Shown here in pieces: positions 23,168 to 35,723 of a stretch of 64,000 nucleotides of DNA. Position numbers and translations under genes: made by a program. The DNA is taken from contig OZ076420.1 in assembly GCA_964187785.1 (NCBI GenBank), positions 20,274,001 through 20,338,000 on the forward strand, in the 5' to 3' direction. The stretch's first letter is position 1; each line of letters starts with the position of its first letter. This stretch comes from Amphiscolops sp. MND2022. Lineage: Eukaryota. The notes below the pieces were generated by a model that saw nothing but the letters and a program-made list of their open reading frames with translations, ran no database searches and was not told where the DNA came from.

Positions 23168-25157
23168 GTTGTTGAAGAAAGATTTATTCTTGAAGAATTC
23201 AATTTTCACTTTCTGATTTTCAACAGGGTTAGAAGAATGAAACTAGTTTGAGAATAGCAAGTTTGGAACAACTGAGTTGTAGCACTAGCAAAAGACTGAG
23301 TCCCTTAATCATCAAATCCTACCATATTTATACCCTCCCAGCATCATTTGATCACGACTATAATCCCTAACTTTCCTCGAACAATTAGTCATTTCCTGTT
23401 TTATCGATGAAAAAATCACGAAGTTCCCAAATTTGCGTTGACATTTCGTCGATTTTTAAGACACGACAATCTTAAACCAGCATTAGTCATCGAGTATGGT
23501 CATATCATTTCATCCCGGCGTCCTTTTGCTTCCTCCCAAGCAGGAAGTAGATATTACTTCAGTCTGTCAAACCGGAAATGCTTCCCTGTTTTACTGCTTT
23601 GGTTCGCGGGAAATTGACGCTAAGATGACGCTGACGTGAACAACAAATACCTGATTTTGAAATACAGCATGATCAAAATGCTATGACTAATTCCAAAGCG
23701 TGATTATTTGAACGATGCTAAGATGATAATTTATGAATTTGGACTCATTCTTTCGTCAGGAATAGAATTAAAAACATGGTATCGAATAATACACCATTAG
23801 CGAATTTGTCATGTCGTGACAAGTGCGACAAGTTTTACAAAATTAACAGCAACGTTTATTAAATAGCAACGACAATGCAACGCGTTTAATAAATAGCAAC
23901 AAGTGAATTAGTATGAAAAATATGATCTTGGCCATAAATATAGCGTCCAATATCATGAGGTATAATGTGCGAAGTATATGAAAATACATTTTCATTACAA
24001 AATATATTTTAGTTGAAAGCATAAACTGTGACGTTCCGATTATTTTACTATGAACTCACATAGGTGAAAAATGGTTTATGTAAGGGAATTTCCTCGTTGT
24101 TGATAAATGCGAGTCGATCAATTTCCGTGAGTTTAAACTATCCTATATGCGTCGACGCTACTTTAAGGCGGTACTTTAAGTTATAGGAATACCGCATCTA
24201 CACTTATTTTATGAATTGAAACAACCTGCGATCATTTTCTCTTAGCATAATAGCAGCTTTAGCGCGATGAAAACCTTATTAGATTCTACAAATACATCCA
24301 TTTTGTTCAACTTCATAAACTTGGCAACGTCGTGTTGACGAGTTTTCTTGGCAGAATTTTGAGCTTTGCAAACTTGTCGACGTCACGTTGACAAGTTTTC
24401 TTAGCAGAGTAGAGATTTGACTAGTTCGACGCAATGCTGACGAGTATTTTAGAAATGAGTCTCTCGCTAGCTGCCGGGGCAGTGACGTCACAGTGGCGGT
24501 AAATTGGAATGATTCCTAGCAATGCTATTAGTATAGGCGGATAATAGGAATGATTTGCTGGTACGCGTATGCGAGGCAGTGACGTCAATTGGTATACCTT
24601 CAAACTTGTCTGCGTCTTACCGACGACAAATATACATGGATTCTTATTTCTTTTGCCGCTTTGTTTACTCAGCGCAGTATTGACGTCCTAAACCACTTTA
24701 ATTGCTGTTCAAAGAGTAATTAAGCTGCCTTTCTACGAAAAGGCTTAAATCAATCGGTGTGCCATCTCAGTGTATTTTCTATTTTAGATCTGAATAATGT
24801 TCTTTTGGGAGATGATTTTGACTACGTTTTCATTTAGATTAGACCATGTTTTCTTTGTTTTAGAACGTAATTCAATTTAGTTTTCAGGTGGCGAATGTTG
24901 CTATTTTGACATGGCAAATACGTCTTACCGGAAATACGTGAAATCGTTTTGGTTCATTTTGTTCTCTGTTTTCATTTCCAGTTAAAGTTTGCGCGGCTTA
25001 GATGTATTTTCACATTTCTAGTCACAGTTTATTTCAAAGATAAAGTTTTAGAGTTACCAGTTAAAATAAGATTTGGGGAATCTCAGATTGCTTCCATGTC
25101 CTCTCCCTATCTTCAGTCGTCTGCAACCACAGGCCAGACCGGGAGCGGGCTGTGACA
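22768..25157 (-). mobile_element. Solo LTR (2390 bp) of the same family in opposite orientation
   Basis: Minus strand TGTCACAGCCCGCTCCCGG...TTCGTAACA. Perfect TSD CGGGG at 22763-22767 and 25158-25162. Confidence 0.9.
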
Positions 25158-26458
25158 CGGGGTATCTTCTTCAGGTTAAAGGTTAACGGTTAAACTAATT
25201 TATCAGGTGCTATTAAGTGTAAACTTCATTAAAACTGCACCAAAAAATACGGGTAAGGAAAATTTTGGCTTAGAAGTTAGACGAACTTGAAACTAATTTC
25301 GAACAAACTGCCAGTTTCAGCCGTTGCATGTGAAAACCATTGCACATAAAGTATGAAAACAGGGAGCACATTTTTTGATTGATACATTTTTCGAAGCTTG
25401 GTTGGATTGTTGATTTAGAATCAAAGAAGACAGAAGGCTCCGCATTCGAACAATGCAGCAACTTGTTACAATTGCAGTACTGTTTATCATAGTTGCAACG
25501 TCATGCAGATCCGGATTCAACATCTTCGTCATCGTCAGCAATCATCTGAATGTCAGAAAGCATGTTTTGTCTCAATCCTTTTTCTCCGAACAGCGAATGC
25601 TGAATATTTCAAAAGCTAGTCGAAGTTTTACATACAACCTGACAGCCCAAACAAAAGCAACGTATTCATACTGAAAAATCTCCTCTCGATCAGCGTGAAA
25701 AAAAAACATTTTCTTGTCCGCAGTTACAAATACCGGAATCAAAGTTCTTCCTGTTCATATCCTTGCATCTGTCGTCATTCACTTTCGCATCTTTTACCCG
25801 CCAAAAAAAAACATTCCGATTCAGTACCTGAGTTTTTTAAATCATTTTATCATTTAATCATCTCAAGAGATGCAATTTGAATTTGGAGTCAAAGAAACCG
25901 CTCAAGGTGCCTTGAGGTAGAACCATCTTAATTCACTGTTCAGTTTGTTTTTCTGATTTAAACAATTCGAAGGTCGAGTCAATTACTAGAATGAAAATGA
26001 GTAGAGGACGAATTGACGGCAAAATTCAGAATGGAACAATAGCTGCAACAATAGTTGTTTTCATAGAAATTCAAAACCACAAGCTTCGCTTTTAGATTAA
26101 TATCTATCATTTGGAGACTCCATAAAAAAGTCACAACGAGAAATCTAAATTTTGCTTAAGCCAAAATGTGTCGCGAACCTTCGATGAAAATTTAATTATG
26201 CCAATCTTCGAAAAGTTATTATAGTTTCCCATATGGATTCGCATCTCTTTCAGTTTTTTACAATGTTTTCTCACAAAAAAATTACATCTTTTCTCACAAA
26301 AAACCCATACGAAATCACATACTTGTGAAACAATTCATCTAAATACCTCAAAACGGAATTCTATACAATGTTTTTGAACATGCTTTCCGGTGATTTTCTA
26401 GCCAGATAAACCTGGAAAAGATTTCGATTTGTACTACCTGCCAATTTTCACCCTGCAG

Positions 26459-26618
26459 GTGATTTCCAGCTTGGCCATGGTGGTAGGCTGGGTGCGCCTG
26501 TTCCCGGAGCCCCTCACTTTGGGCGAATCGACATGTTTACCCAGTGCCGCTGTTCTCATCCAGTCAATTCTGGGAACATGCTTCATGCAAATCGCAATGA
26601 ACTGGTTAGAAATTGCGG
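26459..26618 (+). CDS. Exon of a divergent 7TM (rhodopsin-like) receptor, TM2-ECL1-TM3: VISSLAMVVGWVRLFPEPLTLGESTCLPSAAVLIQSILGTCFMQIAMNWLEIA
   Basis: Acceptor CCCTGCAG| at 26458 and donor G|GTAGGT at 26618/26619. Two hydrophobic helices with a Cys at the top of TM3. Confidence 0.6.
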
Positions 26619-26734
26619 GTAGGTCCAAAACTATTGCAATACGTGCTACAGTAGCGTTCTCAATTATCGCAACTTCAATTTACTTAAAATTGCAAATTTC
26701 AAAGCCAAATATCTTGAAACTTGCCATAAATACG

Positions 26735-27335
26735 AACAAGCCGGGACCGGCCCAAGTCGGTGCCATATCCAAGGCTCAAAAATAGCAAAAAGACTTTTTT
26801 TACAGTACTCGAAAATCGAAAAATTACATAGTCAAAAAAATGGACCGAGTGGCGCGCTAAAGTCTCACAATGCCGAAAACTGAAAGGGTGGACCCTTTGA
26901 GGTTTTTCAACATCCATTCTGTCGCGAAACATGAAAAAATTGAAGAAAACAAAAATTTTCATTTTCGGGAAAAAATCTCACAATGCCGAAAAAAACTGAA
27001 AGGGGGGACTCTTTGGGATTTTTCAACATCCATTCTGTCGCAAAACATCAAAAAAAATGCAGGGGGGACCCTTTCGGGAAAAATTTTTTTTCGAAAAAAA
27101 AAGTCTCGCAGTGCCGAAAAAAAATGAAAGGGGGGAGTCTTTGGTCTCGCCCGGTATGGTATGTTACGCGGAAGAACAGGAAAAACATTTTTGGTTCAGT
27201 TCGCTAGATCAAATAGTGCATTTTGATGCAATAATATTTTGTAGAACTTTTGTAGAACTATTTTGGTCAGTTCGTGTGGATAGAAAAAAAAAGAGTCACT
27301 ATAATAGTCGCGTTTCACTTCATGAAGCGCCGATT
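26735..27335 (-). mobile_element. Helentron/HINE-like element, copy D (in the receptor intron)
   Basis: AACAAGCCGGGACCGGCCCAAGTCGGTGCC ... GAAGCGCCGATT. Hairpin GCCG-GTCC-CGGC. Internal duplicated GGGGGAC-CTTT blocks. Confidence 0.75.
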
Positions 27336-28181
27336 AAAAATTGACAGTTAGAAACGTTTTTTTTAGAATTTTATCTAGTTCACAAAATTGTTTCTTTGAT
27401 GAAATTTTTGCAATAAAGATTACAAAAGTTAGAAATTGCGAGTTTCTACAAAATTTCATCAACTTTTTCTTGATTTTCTCAAAATGTTGAAAAAACATTT
27501 TTGAGAAATTTTTGGTCAATCTTTCGCCCAAAATCTCTCGAAGATGTTGATTTAATTTGCTTGAAAAACTTTTTCGACTTCAAATAAAAAAATTTCATAG
27601 TGAAAGATCCAAACATTCATTTAGGGATTAAATGTGTTCTAGTAATTTTACAGGAAGTTTTTCGGCAGCAGTAAAGATTTGAAACAATTTGAATGTACAC
27701 TATGGTACCAAAAAGCAGTTCAAAGTTCGCAGTTGAAAATGTTGAAAACGCTCGTTTCTTTGGAATGTGCATTTAATAAAAAAACCATGTTAGGAGCAAA
27801 ACTAACTGAGAATTCGATCGAATCACGATCATATTACAATGATATCTTATCGAATAAAAACTGGAATCGAAAAAAACCCTAAGAAAGAGCAATAACTGTG
27901 CCTTGTTACTTTATGAAGAAAAAATATTTATAGAAAACCACAAAATTTGTCCATGACAGAGTTCGGAAAATTCGAAAATTTACGGGAAAAAAATGAAATG
28001 TTTCTTGCGATTTCTCTTCAATGTCTAATTTACAATGGTACTCTTCGAAATTTGAAACAATTTTGGTTCTATATATTTTTCTTCGTCTAAATCTCGTGAA
28101 TGAAAATCTCATGATAAATGAAATAAAATGATAATAAATGAAATTATAGGTACAGAAAACAATCACGTTTTGACGTTTTAG

Positions 28182-28672
28182 TTGAAGGCAAACAACTGGC
28201 TCTGAATATCAGACATAAAAAAATAGCTGTTCAAATTGTGTTCAACGGGATAGCTGAAGCGTTCTTACAGTTTTGCGCAAACCTAGCATCAGGGCAAATT
28301 AACTGTCAGTACTTGCAACAGCTCGATTTCGACACAATTCTCCTATGGAAAAGCTTCGTATTCTTCGTCGGAGGTGTGGGCGCTTTCGCCTATTGCCTGA
28401 TAACATCATGGAAGACACTCCACGAGCACAAACAAATCTTCAACAATGTGACCTTTGACCCCCAGCCAGCGATTATCAATATAAGGACTCATCATGGAAC
28501 ATTGCTTCTGGAGTGCTCAGTCGGTTTCATAGTTTGCTCCCTGATAATTATACGCCAGCTATTGGTCAACTTTGTGGACCAATCACTGGTCAGAAATGTG
28601 CTGCATGTTTTCACTCCTGTTATCTTCACAACATTCTCCCTCTTGAGTTTCAGAAACGATCATCGAGTTTGA
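28182..28672 (+). CDS. Last exon of the 7TM receptor (ICL2, TM4, ECL2 with Cys, TM5-TM7)
   Basis: Acceptor GTTTTAG| at 28181, phase 1, in frame with the previous exon (G+TT=Val). Four hydrophobic segments. Ends FTPVIFTTFSLLSFRNDHRV*. Confidence 0.65.
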
Positions 28673-28801
28673 ACTTACAAAACCTTTTCTAATTTTTTGT
28701 TGTATAATTATCAAAATATAGTTTTTTCAACCGAAATGTACATTGATGTACAAATCGAAACAAAGTTCAATTTCAAAGACATTGTTAACTAGCTAACTAC
28801 G

Positions 28802-28913
28802 TGACAAAAAATCGGAGGTGTACCGATGACTTTGTTGCTCGACTGGTTCAGAAATGTGACCCAACAAAGCCATGCAATGCCCCGCTTGTCAACAAAGTAG
28901 CCGATTTTTGTCA
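28802..28913. repeat. Small inverted-repeat (MITE-like) element
   Basis: TGACAAAAAATCGG ... CCGATTTTTGTCA with nested CTTTGTTG/CAACAAAG repeats. Confidence 0.45.
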
Positions 28914-29912
28914 GAAAACCGATATGTTTGAAATTTTGCCTTAATTTTCTTCGCCCATAAACAGCCAGAAAATTTTTAATAAACAGCCTTAAAGTTTACC
29001 CAAACAACTCAACAGAAAAGAAAAAAATACTGTTTTTATTCGGTAATCAGAGGCCGGGACAAACATCTTTCATCCTAGAAATGATATTTTCATCAGCTAT
29101 ATCCTCGGTGCTTTTTTGTGATTGAAGTTTTGAAGGACAGAATTCTGAACAAAAACGTGAGACCTCCAACTATGTATACCCGTATGCCGACCAAGATGAA
29201 ACGCCCAAAGACAATTTAGGCTAAACACAACTCATTGAAGGAGTTCAATAAAACATGCAATGTTCAAATTGAAGCATGAATTTCGATGCAGACTAAAAAT
29301 AAAGAGTAAATTTAACAAAACAGATATTTTCTATTTTCATGAGCACCTTCTATTTTTAGCTAAGATAGTTATGTTGCTAATTGAGTAATAAAACGTACCG
29401 CGTTTCCAATCAAGTGAACTTTGTTAGTTCAAAAAAATCTTTTTGCTGAGTTAAATTGCGAATTATCATTAAAATTATTCAGTGATGCAAACATTGTCTT
29501 AACATACCAAATAACGCGTACTTCAACCTTGTGCCTCGGTTTTATAGAGCTGTGCAATTTAGCCAAGTTTTGAACTTATATGAATAAATCTTGGTGAGGT
29601 AAAGTACGAAAAAACCATTAAATTATTCAGTGATGCAAACATTGTCATAGCAGCTGCTGTCTAGACCAACGAGGGCGCCCATCAACCACGTGCCACTTTT
29701 TAATAAAGCTGGATGACCTTGCCACATTTTTGCCTGACATGAATTAACCTTTTCAAAAATGAAGTTACAAATATTGATCTTTTTAGATATAAACAAATAT
29801 CAGCCTAATAGATTCAACCTAAAGTAACTTTTCATCTATTGAAATTGCGGAAAACGAAGGAACAGAAAAACTCACTCTCACCATATGAGCCAATACTGAC
29901 CTCGTAAAACAA

Positions 29913-30047
29913 TTGTTTTTCCGACTAGAACCTGCCTTGTGGAATACCTTACCTAGTGACATTACAAAACACGTCGACTACGAGAAACTGAAAAAAGTTT
30001 TTAAAAGTTTTATCTGCGAAAATACGCAGGAGAAGTGGATTATTTAG
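29913..30047 (+). mobile_element. 3' fragment of a CR1/L2-type LINE ORF2
   Basis: Translates LFFRLEPALWNTLPSDITKHVDYEKLKKVFKS..., the WNxLP C-terminal motif of these LINEs. Confidence 0.55.
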
Positions 30048-32154
30048 CAGAAAAATTAAAAATGTTGGCGTGAGTTCCGATTCAACTACTCATACACTTG
30101 ATAATTGATTACCTAACTGACTAAAGTGTGCTGCTCCTTTTTTAAGCTATCATTTTTCCTAATTCATAAGTACATTGTCTCTCTCAGAACGTTTTTTTTA
30201 GTTTTCATTTTATTATGGAATTTTAGAGTTCTTCTAGATAATACGAACACAATAAACGCTTGATAAATTTCGTGGGCATTCACAAGATACCCGTCTCACA
30301 TCGACCTTTACACTCCCTTGTTGAAACGGCTTTTACTTTTTGCATGTACTTTAATGTTGCCAGCAACTTTTATAACGATTTTAAAACTCTTACGGAAACT
30401 TTGATGCAAAAGTTTTCACCTGTTGCGAATAACTTTATCAAGCTGCTTGAAAGATTCATCAAAATTTTGGCGGCAATTTAAAAAGCCTTGGAATATTGCA
30501 AGTTTCATCAAGCAGCAGCTGTAGTTTTGAAGCAAAAAAGTTGCTACCAGTTTTACCGCTAATTCAATGCGAAATAGTTACAGTTGCGTAACAAACTGCA
30601 ATTTATCGTCATGTTTTAGAAGCGGTGGTCACAACAGATGAGTCGTTGAGAAAACGAAGTTTGAATACAAAGTGATCATGTCGGTAAAATTTTCAAATCT
30701 GATTGCAGTACTGGAAAATGCAGCGTAATTGTACATGATTTACCACCCGAAGTTCAATGAATTTCCTAGGTTTTATAAAAACAATTACCTTGCAAGCAGG
30801 CCTGCAACATGTCAAAAGTTCCTGAAGTTTCAATAAGGGCTACCATGATCTTGTTACAGCTACCAAGACCATGCACGATTTTGATGACCATTACATGCAT
30901 TTTTGAATGTACTCGAGCCTCAGGAAAGTGTCGTTGCTGAAAAAAGGGGGATCCGCTTTCTTAGCGGACGTCTTAATGATCAAAACAAAGGCTTTCAGCA
31001 AAATCTAGCAAAACGCGGCTCTCAATCAAGAATTCGTGGAAAACAACTTTTTCAGTGTCTTTCAAAACTTAGTTACCGTTTATGTGAAGATGCAGCAACG
31101 TAATCACTCAAAAATTATCCCCAGTTTGTGTGGCTCTTTACTTTTATGGTGAAGTTTGACGTGTTCTCAATTGTTTAAATTAGAATTATGATTCAATTAA
31201 ACGTTGTATATTTACAATCTTCATAGGTGATCATCATCGGTCCATTCAAAAGTGGATGAGAAATGATGGCTTTTTGTTTTTTATCAATTTTTCCTGTGTT
31301 CAATTTAGATTCCTTACTCTTTTTTGTAAAATCATAAACTCAATGCAACGTTCAATTTTCACTCAGTGAAGGTCAATTACTCTGTCAAATAACAGAAAGC
31401 GTTCTTTTATATGATCATTGCTAACACAATGTTGAAAGAATTTGATGCAACTTTCTGGAAGAGTTTGAACTCAAAATTCTCACCTTTTGTCTGTTTTCGT
31501 GCTAATTTCCTAAGTTCTATACAGGAAAAATGAATAATTTCGGCATACAGGAAACGAAGCAGCAATTTGTTTATAGCACAACCATTTGTTTGAGTTGTTT
31601 GAACTCAAAAATGTTGTTCATGTGACAACAGTTGAAAAATTAGTTCGAATCAGTCTACTGGACATCAGATACGATGATGCTTAGCTCGTTTCGATCTTTA
31701 GTTGAGCGAAAACAGCATTTGGTGTCCAAGGATGATGCAACATGTCAACGCCAAATGAAGAGAAACTGGTTTGGATCCAGACCCTGAAAAAGACATCAAT
31801 TTGATGAGCATAGATCAGATAATGTATTGCCGCTGATTATCGGACGTGTTATCAAAACCGAAGATTAGGTTCCGGTAAGTATAGCTACCGTAAAAGTATG
31901 GGAGCTCATTTGAACTCATTTCCGTACTTCTACGCAGTGTTACACAATTGCCTAGCATCATAACTTTACAGCTATTTTGCAATTTCGTTGATACTTTACA
32001 ACTATCGATAAATTCAACTCTTGATCTGACTATCTCAGATCGTAATATTTAACAGACTAATACTAGATCCAAACTCAACATCATTATTAGACACAACAAT
32101 TGAGATCATTTTGAAACAAGCTAGATAGTATTAATAAAGTGAAACATTTCCTAC

Positions 32155-32383
32155 CTTTACATTCTCCAGTTGTGTTACCACCGCCAGATGTGTTACCACC
32201 GCCAGATGTGTCACCACCGCCAGATGTGTCACCGCCGCCAGATGTGTCACCGCCGCCAGCTGTGACAGCTTTCAATGTGAAGCAATCGATCTGATGTGAC
32301 GGATACTCCTTCGCACACGATTCATCGACCCACACAGTAGCTTTTACTTTACACGAGTGGTCCGTATTCGGTGGCATTGATAC
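32155..32383 (-). CDS. FN3-protein exon: second half of an FN3 domain (PPNTDHSCKVKATV) plus a GGGDTS/GGGNTS stalk
   Basis: Acceptor TTTCAG| (phase 0) at 32384 and donor G|GTAGGA at 32155/32154. Matches the FN3 L-PxT-Y-V-A strand pattern. Confidence 0.7.
32169..32257 (-). repeat. Coding 18-bp tandem repeat, 5 units (GGGDTS x3, GGGNTS, GGGNTT)
   Basis: Directly visible units such as CCACCGCCAGATGTGTCA on the plus strand. Confidence 0.9.
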
Positions 32384-32961
32384 CTGAAACATTTAAAACT
32401 CGGCTTGAATTTTTTAAAACTCGGGCTTGGTTTGAATTTTGTAAATTGGGAAACGTTTTTACTTTTTGCGTTAAAAACAATGCTTATGAATACACCATCT
32501 AGGAAATATGAATACACCATCACCAGTCGGTAATCTTCGGGAACCTTCTTCACCCTACGTGAATTTGAAATCAAGTTCTTTGTACCCTTCGTCCAAATTC
32601 AGAATGTGTTTCTGAAAATTTCGAAAAAATCACAACTTGTGAAGCTGTATGTGACTTGGTATCAGAACAATGTACAACACTTAAGACGCGTATATCAGGT
32701 GAAATATTTCAATTATTAGTTTTTCGTGTTCTTTGTATCTTGTTTTGTCTCCAATTAGGTCACCCATTCAGTCATGCAAAGTTCATCTTTCGAAATTACG
32801 ATCTCAAAAATTGAAAGAAAACAAACTGGCTTCCGGATTTTTTTCCGGAATGCAGGATACACGAATTTAGCTCCTGAGTGCGATGTGTTAACAGCAATGA
32901 AAAGATGTTGCACTAATATTGTCACTCAAAGTTAACATGTACTTTTGACGGTTTTTTTTAC

Positions 32962-33149
32962 CTCGAAGTTTGCGAGGCTTGTGGAGTTGAAGACAAACTC
33001 AGTGACATCGGTGTTTAAACTGGCTTCAATTTCTACATTGTCAAAGTAAATAGTGTACTCCGTGGCAGAGGTGACAGCAGTCCATTTTATTTTGATAGCA
33101 GTATCCGTTGTTCCTTCTCTGTCCATGGAAACTTGGAAAGGATCGGATT
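32962..33149 (-). CDS. FN3-protein exon: first half of the FN3 domain (GTTDTAIKIKWTAVTSATEYTIY)
   Basis: Acceptor CTGTTTCAG| (phase 1) at 33150 and donor GAG|GTAAAA (phase 0) at 32962/32961. Conserved FN3 Trp and Tyr. Confidence 0.75.
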
Positions 33150-33589
33150 CTGAAACAGAAATGGAAAAGTATGTAGAACAAATTTAGGACAAAAGTCTAC
33201 ACGATTCTCGCAATATTACGAGCCTGTAGGGATCGTATTGTAATGGACGGGCTACGTTCCGACAAAAGACACACTTTGCCACTTGTAATTAATTCCCTGT
33301 ATGAAGAGGCTCTGATTTTCTTGGATGTCCTCTGATCAATCCTAGACTGTAACTGATAACTGGTTTCCACTCACTCGGAACTACAGAGTTCCTAATGTGA
33401 CAAAAAACCGCTTTTTCTAGCATAAACTTCTTGCAAATTCAATAAGGAAACACGCATCAAGCAGTACAAAATACCAGCAATTGCGGAATGCTACTCTTTG
33501 TATGTGAAAGCTTGTGTGTAACTACAAAAACTTGTAGCTTCTGTAGATTTTCTTGAACTTCAGTATTGTATATTCGAGTTGTCATTATT

Positions 33590-33960
33590 CATTACTGGTT
33601 TCTTTCCAGTCAGCATTGATATAACTTACTTCCCTTATCTCATGACGTAACCATTTCATTTTATTTCTTCACCCAATTCACCAATTTTCAAATGACTAGA
33701 TCATACATGTATATATCTACGTGACTTGAATATTTATTATTTATTTATCAATACCCAATTCACTTTTACAATCACAATCTGATTTTGAACCTCAAACTGA
33801 ACAGTCAATGAATTCTTCTTCATCTCCAACCTGTTCATAAGTATTACCTAAAACTGCAGCTGCTCTGTTAGCGAACTCAGCTCCATTTCATCTGAGATCA
33901 TTTCTATCCAAAATAACGAAACATAACAAACCACAAGTGCTTTAACTGAAGCCAACACGT
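33590..33960 (+). repeat. Diverged direct repeat, partner of 46297-46640; probable LTR remnants of the decayed Gypsy element between them
   Basis: Shared blocks GACGTAA-CATTTCATTTTATTT, TACGTGACTTGAA, ATACCCAATTCAC, AATCACAATCTGATTT, ATCATTTCTATC and AAACCACAAGT. Confidence 0.55.
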
Positions 33961-34198
33961 TTCGTCTTCTGTTCCCAACTGCAATTCTGTACTAACCAAA
34001 TAACCTTTATTTGATCTTCATTATCGGTACAATGATCTTCCTTTCTTCTATACTAATTGCATCTTGAGTGATTCGGCTCAGTATTCGGTACATATTCGTT
34101 TCTGTACTAATGATCATAGTGATTCGACTTCCTTTCTCTTCTAACCTGAAAGACGCTTGGACATCCTTGTCGATAGAACATTCATCGGTACTAACTTG

Positions 34199-34693
34199 AA
34201 CAAGACGAGAACGTACAAAGTCGGCGCTATATCTAAGGCTCAAAAAGCGCAAAACATTTTTTTCGAAAAAAACTTGAAATTTTCGAAAAAACTTGAAATT
34301 TTCGAAAAAAAAATTTCAAGGAAAATGTCGCACAGTGCAGAAAAAAATCAAAAGGGGGGACCCTTTAGCCTCGGACGGTTTTGTAGATTACGTTAAAAAA
34401 GTACAAAATGAAAGGGGGGACCCTTTGGAGACAAAAAAATTTCGAAAAAAAGTCGCACAGTGCCGAAAAAAATTGAAAAAATCGAAATGGGGGACTCTGT
34501 AGTCCCGTCCGGTTTTGTAGGTTACCTCGAAAAAGGTTTGCACTAAATTTGCCTTGGCCTCTTTGCCGGACTGGGCGCCTTGGGTGGTTTCAGGATTAAT
34601 TCTACAAAGTGGACCGATCAGTGTGAGGCTGAAGAAAAAAAAAGGTCACTGCTATACTCGGGCATTTTTCCTTAAAAGGAAAACGCGCCGACT
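34199..34693 (-). mobile_element. Helentron/HINE-like element, copy E
   Basis: AACAAGACGAGAACGTACAAAGTCGGCGCTATATCTAAGGCTCAAAA ... CGCGCCGACTAAAAA. Confidence 0.75.
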
Positions 34694-35317
34694 AAAAACG
34701 GTTCGACATTTATTGTCGGAACATCCAATTGCATTTATTTCTATATTTTCTAATTCAATGCCTCCTGCTACTGATTGTGTTTGTTTTTTCACGATAATTT
34801 AATATTTATTTGGCGTTTTTGCAATAGTTGCCCTTGCTGCCGACAAATTCGTTCTTGACTTCAATCCTCAATACGTTCGTTCATTTGTTTCGTTGTTTCG
34901 TACTAATAATCTTGCAACAAGAGTTTTTTCCACATCTAATATCTTTGCAAAGCCGGTCTTTTTAACGCCTCTCCTTGAGAAAATTGTTGCTTTTTTCTTT
35001 AACTCCCATTCCCCAGTTTGTCAACATATTGTCTCTCTTTTTTCCATCTCTCCTTTCACAATAACACTATTTTAACAACAGTTTGGGAATGTTAAAATCT
35101 CCATTTCAGACAAATTTTTCGAACACCTGAAATTTTACTTCAACTCTTTCAGAAACCTCTACTCAAGTTTTACATTTTCATATTGCAAACAAAACTCCAC
35201 GGAACTATTCAAAAACTTTTATTACCATCCGTTCTTCAATTTTGAAACACCTTCCAATTTTACATCTTACTCAGACTCAAACAAACCAGTTTAAAATCTC
35301 TTCCCCGCAAATCTTTT

Positions 35318-35723
35318 ACAAGACGGAAACGTCTAAAGTCGGCGCTATAACTAAGGCTAAAAAGCGCAGGTTTGAAATTTATATACTTTTGTTTCGGACT
35401 TCCATTTCCTCCTTACTAAAACGCAATACAGTTCGAATGTAACGTCAAAATTCGGTTATAGCCCTTAACTCCGGATATTAGGAAGAGGGACATCAATAAA
35501 AAGCAAAGGGTGACCCTTTGAAGAAAAAAAGTCTCACAGTGCCGGAAACAATTGAAAGGGGTGACCCTTTAGATTCATCCGGCTTTTTATGTTAAGCTTG
35601 AAAAGTAAAAACTAAAAAGGGACCCTCTGCGATAACTAAACTGCGGTTCCGAGATCTTTGTTTAGCTTACCAAACCCAAAAAAAATTCGTCGCTTCGAGT
35701 CCAACTTAATGAAAGCGCCGACG
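35318..35723 (-). mobile_element. Helentron/HINE-like element, copy F
   Basis: ACAAGACGGAAACGTCTAAAGTCGGCGC ... AAAGCGCCGAC. Hairpin GACG-TTTC-CGTC. Confidence 0.7.

Noticed and set aside
25270-25880. Cys-containing short ORFs that might be a transposase zinc finger
   Set aside because: No coherent C2H2/BED/THAP spacing across frames and no TIRs found.
26870-27344. Overlapping Lys/Phe-rich ORFs (similar ones at 8427-8672, 11344-11604, 34157-34802 and 62020-62244)
   Set aside because: They are chance frames through HINE copies with A/T homopolymers and show no protein motifs.
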